Source of the DNA: Macrostomum lignano
Taxonomy: Eukaryota
DNA: 64,000 nt
Assembly: GCA_002269645.1 (NCBI GenBank)
Contig: NIVC01002515.1
Span: forward strand, 101,479 to 165,478
Direction: 5' to 3'
The notes under the pieces are model-generated. The model had not been told where the DNA came from. It worked only from the letters and a program-made list of their open reading frames with translations, and did not search any database. A program made the position numbers and the translations under genes. How positions within the stretch are numbered: the first letter of the stretch is position 1; the number at the start of each line of letters is the position of its first letter. Positions 1 to 14,612 of the stretch are shown piece by piece.

Positions 1-1386
1 AGAATCGCCCCAGTAATGAATCGCCCCGTTAAAGAATCGCCCCAGTAAAGAATCGCCCCAGTAAAGAATCGCCCCAGTAAAGAATCGCCCCAGTAAAGAA
101 TCGCCCCAGTAAAGAATCGCCCCAGTAAAGAATCGCCCCAGTAAAGAATCGCCCCAGTAAAGAATCGCCCCAGTAAAGAATCGCCCCAGCAAAGAATCGC
201 CTCAGTAAAGAATCGCCCCAGTAAAGAATCTCCCCAGTAAAGAATCACCCCAGTAAAGAATCGCCCCAGTAAAGAATCGCCTCAGTAAAGAATTGCCCCA
301 GTAAAGAATCGCCCCAGTAAAGAATCTCCCCAGTAAAGAATCGCCCCAGTAAAGAATCACCCCAGTAAAGAATCACCCCAGTAAAGAATCGCCCCAGTAA
401 AGAATCGCCCCAGTAAAGAATCGCCCCAGTAAAGAATCACCCCAGTAAAGAATCGCCCCAGTAATGAATCGCCCCGTTAAAGAATCGCCCCAGTAAAGAA
501 TCGCCCCAGTAAAGAATCGCCCCAGTAAAGAATCGCCCCAGTAAAGAATCGCCCCAGTAAAGAATCGCCCCAGTAAAGAATCGCCCCAGTAAAGAATCGC
601 CCCAGTAAAGAATCGCCCCAGTAAAGAATCGCCCCAGCAAAGAATCGCCTCAGTAAAGAATCGCCCCAGTAAAGAATCTCCCCAGTAAAGAATCACCCCA
701 GTAAAGAATCGCCCCAGTAAAGAATCGCCCCAGTAAAGAATAGCCCCAGTAAAGAATCGCCCCAGTAAAGAATCGCCCCAGTAAAGAATCGCCCCAGTAA
801 AGAATCGCCCCAGTAAAGAATCGCCCCAGTAAAGAATCGCCCCAGTAAAGAATCGCCCCAGTAAAGAATCGCCCCAGTAAAGAATCGCCCCAGTAAAGAA
901 TCGCCCCAGTAAAGAATCGCCCCAGTAAAGAATCGCCCCACTAAAGACTCGCCCCAGTAAAGAATCGCCCCAGTAAAGAATCGCCCCAGTAAAGAATCGC
1001 CCCAGTAAAGAATCGCCCCAGTAAAGAATCGCCCCAGTAAAGAATCGCCCCAGTAAAGAATCGCCCCAGTAAAGAATCGCCCCAGTAAAGAATCGCCCCA
1101 GTAAAGAATCGCCCCAGTAAAGAATCGCCCCAGTAAAGAATCGCCCCAGTAAAGAATCGCCCCACTAAAGACTCGCCCCAGTAAAGAATCGCCCCAGTAA
1201 AGAATCGCCCCAGTAAAGAATCGCCCCAGTAAAGAATCGCCCCAGTAAAGAATCGCCCCAGTAAAGAATCGCCCCAGTAAAGAATCGCCCCAGTAAAGAA
1301 TCGCCCCAGTAAAGAATCGCCCCAGTAAAGAATCGCCCCACTAAAGACTCGCCCCAGTAAAGAATCGCCCCAGTAAAGAATCGCCC
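1..1386. repeat. 16-bp minisatellite (AGAATCGCCCCAGTAA)n, truncated by the window start
   Basis: Period 16 read directly (GTAAAG at 61 and 77); highly homogeneous, more than 80 units. Confidence 0.97.
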
Positions 1387-1787
1387 CCGGAAACATACTG
1401 GAGAGAATTCTGCAGCCGAGAGTCGCATGCAGACAGCCAGACTCAATAAACAGTCAGCGCTTTCGCAGGAAAGGAATAATAAAGAAAATTGGCCTTTTCC
1501 TGCCTTGCGTGCAGGGGCTTTGAAAGAAGGAGGAGAATTGATTGAGGAGAGATAGAGGGTAAAAGGATGATGAAGAATGCGGGCAGAAGGCGGTAGAGGA
1601 GAGGGCTCAGGTAGCAGCAGGCGACTATCTTTATGGAGGCTCTTTCCCTTGCCAACTTTCAGTGACGCAAAGATTTAATCAAAAATCAATTTTAAATCCA
1701 TGGATTTTACGGAGGAAACATGCAGGCGAAGGAAGCTGTCTTTAGGGTCCGCGAATATTCACCTTAACTGTCTCCTCTACCATCTAC

Positions 1788-3016
1788 GTGTCAGTGGGGG
1801 GCTAGTGTGTCAGTGAGGCTGGGTGTGTCAGTGAGGGGCTGGTGTGTCTGAGGCTGGGTGTGTCAGTGAGGCTGGTGTGTCAGTGAGGCTGGGTGTGTCA
1901 GTGAGGCTGGGTGTGTCAGTGAGGGGCTGGTGTGTCTGAGGCTGGGTGTGTCAGTGAGGCTGGTGTGTCAGTGAGGCTGGTGTGTCAGTGAGGCTGGTGT
2001 GTCAGTGAGGCTGGGTGTGTCAGTGAGGGGCTGGTGTGTCTGAGGCTGGGTGTGTCAGTGAGGCTGGTGTGTCAGTGAGGCTGGGTGTGTCAGTGAGGCT
2101 GGGTGTGTCAGTGAGGGGCTGGTGTGTCTGAGGCTGGGTGTGTCAGTGAGGCTGGTGTGTCAGTGAGGCTGGGTGTGTCAGTGAGGCTGGTGTGTCAGTG
2201 AGGCTGGGTGTGTCAGTGAGGCTGGGTGTGTCAGTGAGGCTGGGTGTGTCAGTGAGGGGCTGGTGTGTCTGAGGCTGGGTGTGTCAGTGAGGCTGGTGTG
2301 TCAGTGAGGCTGGTGTGTTAGTGAGGCTGGTGTGCCGGTGAGGCTGGGTGTGTCAGTGAGGGGCTGGTGTGTCTGAGGCTGGGTGTGTCAGTGAGGCTGG
2401 TGTGTCAGTGAGGCTGGTGTGTTAGTGAGGCTGGTGTGCCGGTGAGGCTGGGTGTGTCAGTGAGGCTGGGTGTGTCAGTGAGGCTGGTGTGTTAGTGAGG
2501 CTGGTGTGTCAGTGAGGCTGGGTGTGTCAGTGAGGCTGGTGTGTCAGTGAGGCTGGGTGTGTCAGTGAGGCTGGGTGTGTCAGTGAGGCTGGTGTGTCAG
2601 TGAGGCTGGTGTGTTAGTGAGGCTGGTGTGTCAGTGAGGCTGGTGTGTCAGTGAGGCTGGGTGTGTCAGTGAGGCTGGGTGTGTCAGTGAGGCTGGGTGT
2701 GTCAGTGAGGCTGGTGTGTCAGTGAGGCTGGTGTGTTAGTGAGGCTGGTGTGTCAGTGAGGCTGGGTGTGTCAGTGAGGCTGGTGTGTCAGTGAGGCTGG
2801 GTGTGTCAGTGAGGCTGGTGTGTCAGTGAGGCTGGGTGTGTCAGTGAGGCTGGGTGTGTCAGTGAGGCTGGGTGTGTCAGTGAGGCTGGGTGTGTCAGTG
2901 AGGCTGGGTGTGTCAGTGAGGCTGGTGTGTCAGTGAGGCTGGTGTGTCAGTGAGGGGCTGGGTGTGTCAGTGAGGCTGATGTGTCAGTGAGGCTGGTGTG
3001 TCAGTGAGGCTGGTGT
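1788..3016. repeat. 17-18-bp minisatellite (GGTGTGTCAGTGAGGCT[G])n
   Basis: Direct tandem units with variable G number. Confidence 0.95.
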
Positions 3017-3083
3017 TTGCCTGTTAGTAAAGCTGAATATCGTTGTTCCAAAAAAAGAACAGCTTTTAACATTTAATTGGCAG

Positions 3084-3176
3084 CTGGGTGAGCACAGCCA
3101 GGATTTCATCTGTCACAGACTAATGGAATCTGTAGAAAAAGACATTCGGTGGACCGATGTCTTCACTAGAATGAAG
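3084..3176 (+). CDS. Putative isolated coding exon (LGEHSQDFICHRLMESVEKDIRWTDVFTRMK), gene unidentified
   Basis: ttggcAG acceptor, exactly 93 nt open in phase 0, AAG|GTATTG donor, located in unique sequence between arrays. No family recognised and no convincing partner exon found. Confidence 0.3.
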
Positions 3177-3330
3177 GTATTGATACTTAATCCTGCTTTT
3201 CTATCCTTGACATTTTGGTTTCTCTGCTGATTTTCTTCTCTGAGCAGGGTCTACGAGTATTTTAGGTAAGATAGATAGTGAATAGCAAATCCAATGATGG
3301 GATTTTATCGAATAAAAAGGAGAATAATAA

Positions 3331-5722
3331 GGAGAGGGAGAGGGAGAGAAGGAGAGGGAGAGGGAGAGAAGGAGAGGGAGAGGGAGAGAAGGAGAGGAGA
3401 GGGAGAGAAGGAGAGGGAGAGGAGAGAAGGAGAGGGAGAGGGAGAGAAGGAGAGGAGAGGGAGAGAAGGAGAGGGAGAGGGAGAGAGGAGAGGGAGAGGG
3501 AGAGAAGGAGAGGGAGAGGGAGAGAAGGAGAGGGAGAGGGAGAGAAGGAGAGGGAGAGGGAGAGAAGGAGAGGGAGAGGGAGAGAAGGAGAGGGAGAGGA
3601 GAGAGAAGGAGAGGGAGAGGAGAGAAGGAGAGGGAGAGGGAGAGAAGGAGAGGAGAGGGAGAGGAGAGGAGAGAAGGAGAGGGAGAGGGAGAGAAGGAGA
3701 GGGAGAGGAGAGAAGGAGAGGGAGAGGGAGAGAGGAGAGGGAGAGGAGAGAAGGAGAGGGAGAGGAGAGAAGGAGAGGGAGAGGGAGAGAAGGAGAGGGA
3801 GAGGGAGAGAAGGAGAGGGAGAGGGAGAGAAGGAGAGGGAGAGGGAGAGAAGGAGAGGGAGAGGGAGAGAAGGAGAGGGAGAGAGAGAAGGAGAGGAGAG
3901 GGAGAGAAGGAGAGGGAGAGGGAGAGAAGGAGAGGGAGAGGGAGAGAAGGAGAGGGAGAGGGAGAGAAGGAGAGGGAGAGGAGAGGGAGAGGGAGAGAAG
4001 GAGAGGGAGAGGGAGAGAAGGAGAGGGAGAGGGAGAGAAGGAGAGGGAGAGGGAGAGAGGGAGAGGGAGAGGGAGAGAAGGAGAGGGAGAGGGAGAGAAG
4101 GAGAGGGAGAGGGAGAGAAGGAGAGGGAGAGGGAGAGAAGGAGAGGGAGAGGGAGAGAAGGAGAGGGAGAGGGAGAGAAGGAGAGGGAGAGGAGAGAGGG
4201 AGAGGGAGAGAGAGAAGGAGAGGGAGAGGGAGAAGGAGAGGGAGAGGGAGAGAAGGAGAGGGAGAGGGAGAGAAGGAGAGGGAGAGGGAGAGAAGGAGAG
4301 GGAGAGGGAGAGAAGGAGAGGAGAGGAGAGAAGGAGAGGGAGAGGGAGAGAGGGAGGGAGAGGGAGAGAAGGAGAGGGAGAGGAGAGAAGGAGAGGGAGA
4401 GGGAGAGGGGAGGAGGGAGAGAGAGAGGGAGAGGGAGAGGGAGAGAAGGAGAGGGAGAGGGAGAGAAGGAGAGGGAGAGGGAGAGAAGGAGAGGGAGAGG
4501 GAGAGAAGGAGAGGGAGAGGGAGAGAAGGAGAGGGAGAGGGAGAGAGGGAGAGGGAGAGGGAGAGAAGGAGAGGGAGAGGGAGAGAAGGAGAGGAGAGGG
4601 AGAGGAGGAGAGGGAGAGGGAGAGGAGAGGGAGAGGGAGAGAAGGAGAGGGAGAGGGAGAGAAGGAGAGGGAGAGGGAGAGAAGGAGAGGGAGAGGGAGA
4701 GAAGGAGAGGGAGAGGGAGAGAAGGAGAGGGAGAGGGAGAGAAGGAGAGGGAGAGGGAGAGAAGGAGAGGGAGGGAGAGGAGAGAGAGGAGAGGGAGAGG
4801 GAGAGAAGGAGAGGGAGAGGGAGAGAAGGAGAGGGAGAGGGAGAGAGGGAGGGAGAGGGAGAGAAGGAGAGGGAGAGGGAGAGAAGGAGAGGGAGGAGGG
4901 AGAGAAGGAGAGGGAGAGGGAGAGAAGGAGAGGGAGAGGGAGAGAAGGAGAGGGAGAGGGAGAGAAGGAGAGGGAGAGGGAGAGAAGGAGAGGGAGAGGG
5001 AGAGGGAGGAGAGGAGAGAGGAGAGGGAGAGGAGAGAAGGAGAGGGAGAGGGAGAGAAGGAGAGGGAGAGGGAGAGAAGGAGAGGGAGAGGGAGAGAAGG
5101 AGAGGGAGAGGGAGAGAAGGAGAGGGAGAGGGAGAGAGGGAGAGGGAGAGGGAGAGAAGGAGAGGGAGAGGGAGAGAAGGAGAGGGAGAGGGAGAGGAGG
5201 AGAGGGAGAGGGAGAGAAGGAGAGGGAGAGGGAGAGAAGGAGAGGGAGAAGGAGAGAAGGAGAGGGAGAGGGAGAGAAGGAGAGGGAGAGGGAGAGAAGG
5301 AGAGGGAGAGGGAGAGAAGGAGAGGGAGAGGGAGAGAAGGAGAGGGAGAGGGAGAGAAGGAGAGGAGAGGGAGAGAAGGAGAGGAGAGGGAGAGAAGGAG
5401 AGGGAAAGGGAGAGAAGGAGAGGGAGAGGGAGAGAAGGAGAGGGAGAGGGAGAGAAGGAGAGGGAGAGGGAGAGAAGGAGAGGGAGAGGGAGAGAAGGAG
5501 AGGGAGAAGGAGAGGGAGAGAAGGAGAGGGAGAGGGAGAGAAGGAGAGGGAGAGGGAGAGAAGGAGAGGGAGAAGGAGAGGGAGAGGGAGAGAAGGAGAG
5601 GGAGAGGGAGAGAAGGAGAGGGAGAGGGAGAGAAGGAGAGGGAGAGGGAAGAAGGAGAGGGAGAGGGAGAGAAGGAGAGGGAGAGAAGGAGAGGAAGAGG
5701 GAGAGGGGAGGAGAGGGTGAGA
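3331..5722. repeat. Polypurine GA-rich satellite (about 18-bp GGAGAGGGAGAGGGAGAGAA-type units)
   Basis: About 2.4 kb composed almost solely of G and A on the + strand. Confidence 0.97.
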
Positions 5723-6270
5723 GGTTGAGATATCCAATCCCGAACGCGCTGACAAGGTAAAAGCAAAAGGACAGAGAAACGTGGCAGAAATAGGGTTTGC
5801 CGGTATTTTGATAAATACAATTTCTACCCCCCGGGCAAAAACAAGTAAAAATAAAATTTTGAGAAGCTGACAACGTATTTGCACGATCTATGCAAAAACA
5901 TTGAGATGGAGAGGAGTTGAGAGTGAGAGCTGCATTCAAGCGGATAGAAAAAGTGCGAATGTAAGCTCAAAACATACATAAAGTTTAAAATATCAGATAA
6001 AAGTGCAGTAGTAATCAAGCACTGATAGAGATGACAAAATATGGTTTTGAAAGCATGCACATGAAAACAATTCTTGAGAATACATATTGAGAGTCGAAAA
6101 AACATTAATCAAGTGGCTGGTTCCGTTTGCGTGTGGCAGAGCTGCTCCCAGATGGCCCCTTCCTTGGTGTAAGCGGCCATCATCGTCCCTCACTTTGGCA
6201 ACCAGAGCGCCGATGTTGCATAATGCGGGAGAATGGAATTGAATGGTCCAGCTGTGCAGCAGGAAGGGGT

Positions 6271-6960
6271 TGAGGGAGAGAGGGAGAGGGAGAAAAAAAG
6301 CAAGAGAGAGACAGGATAGGGAGAGGGAGAGGGAGAGAGGGGGAGAGGGAGAGAGGGGTAGAGGGAGAGAGAGGAGAGGGAGAGAGGGGGAGAGGGAGAG
6401 AGAGGAGAGGGAGGGGGGAGAGGGAGAGGGAGAGAGGGGGAGAGGGAGAGAGAGGAGAGGGAGAGGGAGAGGGGAGGAGAGGGAGAGGGAGAGAGGGGAG
6501 AGGGAGAGAGGGGTAGAGGGAGAGAGAGGAGAGGGAGAGAGGGGGAGAGGAGAGAGAGGAGAGGGAGAGGGGGGAGAGGGAGAGGAGAGAGGGGGAGAGG
6601 GAGAGAGAGGAGAGGGAGAGGGAGAGGGGGGAGAGGGAGAGGGAGAGAGGGGGAGAGGGAGAGAGAGGAGAGAGAGAGGGAGAGGGAGAGAGAGGGAGAG
6701 GGAGAGAGGGAGAGAGAGGAGAGAGAGGAGAGAGAAAGAGAGGGAGAGGAGAGAGGGGGAGAGGGAGAGAGAGGAGAGAGAGAGAGGGAGAGGGAGAGAG
6801 AGGGAGAGGGAGAGAGAGGGAGAGAGAGAGGGAGATGGAGAGGAAGAGGAAGAGGGAGAGGGAGGAGAGTGAGAGAGTGAGAGGGAGAGTGAGAGTGAGA
6901 GTGAGTGGGAGAGTGAGAGTGAGTGGAGAGTTAGAGGGAGAGTGAGGGAGGGGGCGGTGG
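6271..6960. repeat. Polypurine GA-rich degenerate repeat
   Basis: G/A-only tract. Confidence 0.93.
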
Positions 6961-7522
6961 AAAGAGGGGAGGTATTGAGGTAGAGGGAGAACCAGGGAGG
7001 TAGACAAAAGTGCAAATCCAGGATACCCAGTGGATGCAGGCATGCAGTCTGAGGTTACGCATCACCCTCTGTACGGCAGGACTACAAAAAAGACATTCGA
7101 ATATAACAAGGCGGCTTTCAGCCACACAGTATGCGAGCTAAATTTATATTTGCCTTTGCAGACTGGCATCTGCTTATGAAATAAGATTGGCGTGCCGAAT
7201 TTCGGAAGTGAGCGGGCCCACCACTCTCCGAGTCGATTCCTATAATTTGTACTTTTTATACGATTTTTTTCTCTTCTCGAAGCAGATTTCCTGAGCAAAG
7301 TAGTGCCACCTTGGCTAGTGACAAAAAAGTGGCAAACGCACTCGTAAGAAGTGAACTCCACCGCAATCGGCTGGCAAAGTCTAATTGCTAGCCAAGGTGG
7401 ACAGCCGAATTGCTAGGCAAGGGACTGAAACTCGCATCGGATTTAAAAAAATAATTTTTTATTCTGTATCCATGGGAAAGTTTCAATCTGGAAGCCTGTT
7501 TGAATCTCCGTGACATTGGTAT

Positions 7523-8067
7523 TGAGATGGGGAATCTGGTATAGGGGAGGTGGGGAATCTAGTATAGGGGAGATGGGGAATCTAGTATAGGGGAGATGGG
7601 GAATCAAGTATAAGGGAGATGGGGAATCTAGTATAGGGGAGATGGGGAATCTAGTATAGAGGAGATGGGGAATCTAGTATAGGGGAGGTGGGGAATCTAG
7701 TATAGGGGAGATGGGGAATCAAGTATAGGGGAGATGGGGGATCTAGTATAGGGGAGATGGGGAATCTAGTATAGGGGAGATGGGGAATCAAGTATAAGGG
7801 AGATGGGGAATCTAGTATAGGGGAGATGGGGAATCAAGTATAGGGGAGATGGGGAATCTAGTATAGGGGAGATGGGGAATCTAGTATAGGGAGATAGGGA
7901 ATCTAGTATAGGGAGATGGGGAATCTAGTATAGGGGAGATGGGGAATCTAGTATAGGGGAGATGGGGAATCAAGTATAGGGAGATGGGGAATCTAGTATA
8001 GGGAGATGGGGAATCTAGTATAGGGAGATGGGGAATCTAGTATAGGGGAGATGGGGGATCTATATAG
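7523..8067 (+). repeat. 23-bp minisatellite (GGGGAATCTAGTATAGGGGAGAT)n, left arm of an inverted pair
   Basis: The unit is the reverse complement of the 11263-13468 array. Confidence 0.96.
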
Positions 8068-8653
8068 GTCGGTGAGAAATGGAAGTTAAGCTTGAGCAAT
8101 CAGCAATCCGCATGCACTGATTCAGTATGTAAATTAATTCTGTAACTCAAGGTAATGCCACCTAAGCCAAAGTCATTCTCGCTGCAGTTTTATGACTTGC
8201 AAAAAAGCTCACCTTAATCGCAATAAATTATAATGATTTTTTCTCACAGCTTGCCTGTTTTCCACACGATCAACCCCTGTAGGATATGGTCGGTCGTGAG
8301 CATGAAAATATAGTTTTTTTGGTCATTTTCGCGGGAATTTTCTCAGTGTTAATCTCCTTCTTAGTCACCTCATGCGTGGGCTGTTCTCAGACCCTGTGCT
8401 GTGCAACTTCATGTTTAGCACGCTCTGAAAGAAAGGACTTTGCCAAGTTGAGGGAGCTACGCATGCAGGAATGGCTGTTTTGGTCATTTTTTTCTATTTT
8501 GGACACACCGCCTGCCCCCTACTCAGGAACTGCTCAAGTATTGAGGAGCCGGGGCGAAATGAGAAAGAGAGAGAAAGGGAGAGCTGAGAGTGGAATATAA
8601 AACCAGTTGGACAATAGGACCTGGCTGACTCAATTCCAGAAGTCCGCGGAAAC

Positions 8654-9135
8654 ATGTCTGAAGGACACCTTGAACCAGAAGCTGCAGACGATATTGATGA
8701 AGATGAATACTTCAATGAGTTTCTGCTTGCGGAGTCATCGCCAGCAGAATCAGTTCAAGGAGCTGCCTCTGCTGCCTCCGAGCAGCTGAAGGATTCGGCA
8801 GAGGTCACCCTGCCGACGGTCAGCGTAGTTAAACGACTTGGCTTCGCTCCGGCGGCCGGCATCGGGGGCTCGGACAGTGTCCGCGGCCCGGTTGACCAGC
8901 TGGCCAAGGCGGTGGCTCGGCTGAGGCGCAGTAGCCAGGCGTCGGGCAAGCTGGCGACTCAGCTGCCCAGAGTGCAGCTGACGGTCCTACCGCACGGTCT
9001 GAGCGTTGAAGATCAAGAATCCGGTTCCTCCACCTTCCATCCTATCGAAACTATATCCTACGTAGCTATGGAGCCCAGAATGCCAAGACTGTTCTGTCTG
9101 GTTTCCGTGGAGATCGCCGTGAAATCTTCGGCGGT

Positions 9136-9192
<57 letters not shown>

Positions 9193-9466
9193 ACCAGCGA
9201 GAACAGTCGCCATGAACCCGACATGCCACGTCTTCCTGTGCGCCAGCGTCTCCGACTGCCACAGTCTGGTGCTGGCGGCTCGGCTGGCCTTCAGCTCGTC
9301 CGTGAATCAGACAAAGGCTGCTGCTTTGGCAGCCAGACGAAAGCAGCAACAGCAACAGCAACAGCAGCAGCGTCTGGAGCAAAAGCAGCAGAGTGAAGAC
9401 GGAGATGCTCCATCTAGGAGAGTTGTAAAACTGGGCGCGGTCACAAATGAGATTGAAGAGGCCTGA
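8654..9466 (+). CDS. PTB/PID-domain adaptor protein (LDLRAP1/GULP/Dab-like), 270 aa, with polyQ tracts
   Basis: PTB signature order: VKRLG...AVARLR...VQLTVLPHGLSV-ED...ISYVA...LFCLV...CHVFLC...LAF. In-frame TAG upstream at 8615-8617. CAG tracts lie within and after the domain. Subfamily not resolved. Confidence 0.8.
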
Positions 9467-9494
9467 TCTGGAATCCGCAGACAGACTTGACCGA

Positions 9495-9840
9495 CTGAAA
9501 GACACACTTCACCCACTGAAAGACACACTTCACCCACTGAAAGACACACTCCACCCAGTGAAAGACACACTTCACCCACTGAAAGACACACTTCACCCAC
9601 TGAAAGACACACTCCACCCACTGAAAGACACACTTCACCCACTGAAAGACACACTTCACCCAGTGAAAGACACACTTCACCCACTGAAAGACACACTTCA
9701 CCCAGTGAAAGACACACTTCACCCACTGAAAGACACACTCCACCCAGTGAAAGACACACTTCACCCACTGAAAGACACACTTCACCCACTGAAAGACACA
9801 CTCCACCCACTGAAAGACACACTTCACCCACTGAAAGACA
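9495..9840. repeat. 21-bp minisatellite (TGAAAGACACACTTCACCCAC)n just 3' of the PTB stop codon
   Basis: About 16 tandem units. Confidence 0.95.
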
Positions 9841-10253
9841 TGCAGTCCTGAACCCCGAACCACGATAGAAGATAGCAAAGTGTGAAGTATTTGAAGAAGA
9901 TAAAACATCACTATTAATAGAACGCAAAGTCTTTTTCTTGGAAATTTATTCATATCTGCGTTGCACTGCGACTGCTGCGAGACCATTCGCTCTGCTTTAT
10001 AGAATTGCTCAGCGAATTCCGTTTGATAGCGGCAGGCATGTGAAGCAACATTGCTGTATTATTCTGTGCAGTGTTGCATAAATCTTTAAATTTAATCTCA
10101 ACCGAATGCTAAGCTTGATGTCATCGCAGACGACTCTCGAGGGAAAACTGTTCTAGGATTATTTAATCAACTGTTGTAAATAATAAATTTCATTTCATTA
10201 CGCATCCTCCAGCTTTGCGAATGCCACATGAGACTGCGTTTTCAGTAAAAGCT

Positions 10254-10831
<578 letters not shown>

Positions 10832-11262
10832 CAGACAGGAGATCCAGGACAGCACCAAACCGATCAGGCAAGTTTCCTCAGCCCATCAAAGTCAGACCGG
10901 AGCGGGGCGGCCACGCTCCTCCGGGATGAGGGCGGCCGCTAATCCCCCGGCCCAGCCTCAATTTCCAGCCGTCAGCCCCAGCTGGCCAAGTCGTTAATAA
11001 GTTTGGTCTGCTTGGCCGGCTTAACTGCCCGTCGCCGGAGCTCCTCATGTCCAACTTTTTCTCGTCCCGCCCCGTCGGTACAAACTGGGATCCGGGCAGA
11101 GAATCCCCGCCTCTCGGGGCAATTACTTCCCAGCGACTCGGCCGAGCGGACTCAGTCGCTGCAGTGGCCATTCAGCCATGTTCTTGTTCTCCATCGCTGT
11201 CTTCTGCGCATTTTCTTTTGCTGCGATTTTTCCTACCATCTCTGTGCGTTTTTTCGGTGAAA

Positions 11263-13468
11263 TTCCCCTATACTAGATTCCCCATCTCCCCTATACTAGA
11301 TTCCCCACCTCCCCTATACTAGATTCCCCATCTCCCCTATACTAGATCCCCCATCTCCCCTATACTAGATCCCCCATCTCCCCTATACTAGATCCCCATC
11401 TCCCTATACTTGATTCCCCATCTCCCCTATACTAGATTCCCCATCTCCCCTATACTTGATTCCCCACCTCCCCTATACTAGATTCCCCATCTCCCCTATA
11501 CTAGATCCCCCATCTCCCCTATACTAGATTCCCCATCTCCCCTATACTTGATTCCCCATCTCCCCTATACTAGATCCCCCATCTCCCCTATACTTGATTC
11601 CCCATCTCCCCTATACTTGATTCCCCACCTCCCCTATACTAGATCCCCCATCTCCCCTATACTTGATTCCCCATCTCCCCTATACTAGATTCCCCATCTC
11701 CCCTATACTAGATCCCCCATCTCCCCTATACTAGATCCCCCATCTCCCCTATACTAGATCCCCCATCTCCCCTATACTAGATTCCCCATCTCCCCTATAC
11801 TTGATTCCCCATCTCCCCTATACTAGATCCCCCATCTCCCCTATACTTGATTCCCCATCTCCCCTATACTAGATCCCCCATCTCCCCTATACTTGATTCC
11901 CCATCTCCCCTATACTAGATCCCCATCTCCCCTATACTTGATTCCCCATCTCCCCTATACTAGATCCCCCATCTCCCCTATACTAGATCCCCATCTCCCC
12001 TATACTTGATTCCCCATCTCCCCTATACTAGATCCCCCATCTCCCCTATACTTGATTCCCCATCTCCCCTATACTAGATCCCCCATCTCCCCTATACTTG
12101 ATTCCCCATCTCCCCTATACTAGATCCCCCATCTCCCCTATACTAGATTCCCCATCTCCCCTATACTAGATCCCCCATCTCCCCTATACTTGATTCCCCA
12201 TCTCCCCTATACTTGATTCCCCATCTCCCCTATACTAGATCCCCCATCTCCCCTATACTAGATTCCCCATCTCCCCTATACTTGATTCCCCATCTCCCCT
12301 ATACTAGATCCCCCATCTCCCCTATACTTGATTCCCCATCTCCCCTATACTAGATTCCCCATCTCCCCTATACTTGATTCCCCATCTCCCCTATACTTGA
12401 TTCCCCACCTCCCCTATACTAGATCCCCCATCTCCCCTATACTAGATCCCCCATCTCCCCTATACTAGATTCCCCATCTCCCCTATACTTGATTCCCCAT
12501 CTCCCCTATACTAGATCCCCCATCTCCCCTATACTAGATCCCCCATCTCCCCTATACTAGATTCCCCATCTCCCCTATACTAGATCCCCCATCTCCCCTA
12601 TACTTGATTCCCCATCTCCCCTATACTAGATTCCCCATCTCCCCTATACTAGATTCCCCATCTCCCCTATACTTGATTCCCCATCTCCCCTATACTAGAT
12701 CCCCCATCTCCCCTATACTAGATCCCCCACCTCCCCTATACTAGATTCCCCACCTCCCCTATACTAGATTCCCCACCTCCCCTATACTAGATTCCCCACC
12801 TCCCCTATACTAGATTCCCCACCTCCCCTATACTAGATTCCCCATCTCCCTATACTAGATTCCCCACCTCCCCTATACTAGATTCCCCACCTCCCCTATA
12901 CTAGATTCCCCACCTCCCCTATACTAGATTCCCCACCTCCCCTATACTAGATTCCCCACCTCCCCTATACTAGATTCCCCACCTCCCCTATACTAGATTC
13001 CCCACCTCCCCTATACTAGATTCCCCACCTCCCCTATACTAGATTACCCACCTCCCCTATACTAGATTCCCCATCTCCCCTATACTAGATTACCCACCTC
13101 CCCTATACTAGATTCCCCAGCTCCCCTATACTAGATTCCCCACCTCCCCTATACTAGATTACCCACCTCCCCTATACTAGATTCCCCACCTCCCCTATAC
13201 TAGATTCCCCACCTCCCCTATACTAGATTCCCCACCTCCCCTATACTAGATTCCCCATCTCCCTATACTAGATTCCCCACCTCCCCTATACTAGATTCCC
13301 CAGCTCCCCTATACTAGATTCCCCAGCTCCCCTATACTAGATTCCCCACCTCCCCTATACTAGATTACCCACCTCCCCTATACTAGATTCCCCACCTCCC
13401 CTATACTAGATTCCCCACCTCCCCTATACTAGATTCCCCACCTCCCCTATACTAGATTCCCCATCTCA
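11263..13468 (-). repeat. 23-bp minisatellite (TATACTAGATTCCCCATCTCCCC)n, right arm of the inverted pair
   Basis: About 95 units; reverse complement of the 7523-8067 unit. Confidence 0.96.
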
Positions 13469-13989
13469 GTGCTGACAGCTAGCAGTGCATCTCTTACCTG
13501 TAAATCGTGCATCACTAACCAGCTTCCACTCCGAAGCGAGAGAAAAAACTTATTTTACGATAGTCCCGACCATAACTGGGTCGCGTGATGCAGTTTAGAG
13601 TCTGCATAGGCAATATTTTTATTACCCTGCTCTGCACTCGCTTGGCGGTCTGAGCAGCCTGGCAACCAGTTCTCTGACAGATGTCGTATTTGGACGAAAT
13701 CTGTGCAGACCGACTGAGACTGCCTTGGATTGATTGCCATGTGTTTGGGGTGTCCCTGACTCCGGGGCATTGCATGCCGTTATGAGAAACCAGCTTAGCT
13801 GTGTTTGCCGGCCTCTGATATTTACAGGCAATGTGCCTTTTTTGCTTTCACTACCCTTCAATTATTCTGTTTCAATTATTCAAGTACAGATGCTTCCTAT
13901 GCCTCAGAGCTGGCTAGAATTTATTCTCTAACTTTTAAAAATGGGAGAACAAGCGGATGTTGAATTTTAACGATAAAAATAAATCCTAT

Positions 13990-14612
13990 TCTTATCCTAT
14001 CTTAATCCCACCTTTTCATATGTCAATCTCACCATTTCTATCTCAATCTCACCATTTCTATCTTAATCTCACACTCTCTATCTTAATCTCACCATTTCTA
14101 TCTCAATCTCAACCTCTTTATCTTAATCTCACCGCCTCTATCTCAATCTCACAATTTCTATCTTAATCTCACCCTCTCTATCTCAATCTTACCGCCTCTA
14201 TCTCAATCTCACCATTTCTATCTCAATCTCAACCTCTCTATCTTAATCTCATCGCCTCTATCTCAATCTCACTATTTCTATCTCAATCTCACCATTTCTA
14301 TCTTAATCTCACCGCCTCTATCTCAATCTCACCATTTCTATCTCAATCTCACCGCCTCTATCTCAATCTCACCATTTCTATCTCAATCTCACCGCCTCTA
14401 TCTCAATCTCACCATTTCTATCTCAATCTCACCGCCTCTATCTCAATCTCACCCCCCACTGTCTCAATCTCATCCTCTATCTATTTCCCCCTGTCTATTT
14501 CAATATCACCATCACCATCTCTATCTCAATCTCACCCCCCACTGTCTCAATCTCATCCTCTATCTATTTCCCCCTGTCTATTTCAATATCACCATCACCA
14601 TCTCTATCTCAA
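13990..14612. repeat. Degenerate CT-rich satellite (TCTATCTCAATCTCACC-type)
   Basis: Recurrent TCTCAATCTCAC core. Confidence 0.9.

Noticed and set aside
373-7043. Long ORFs (up to 912 aa; WGDSLLGRFF, SPSPSL and ERERRG repeats)
   Set aside because: They are translations of the 16-bp and GA-rich satellites, open on both strands simply because the units lack stop codons.
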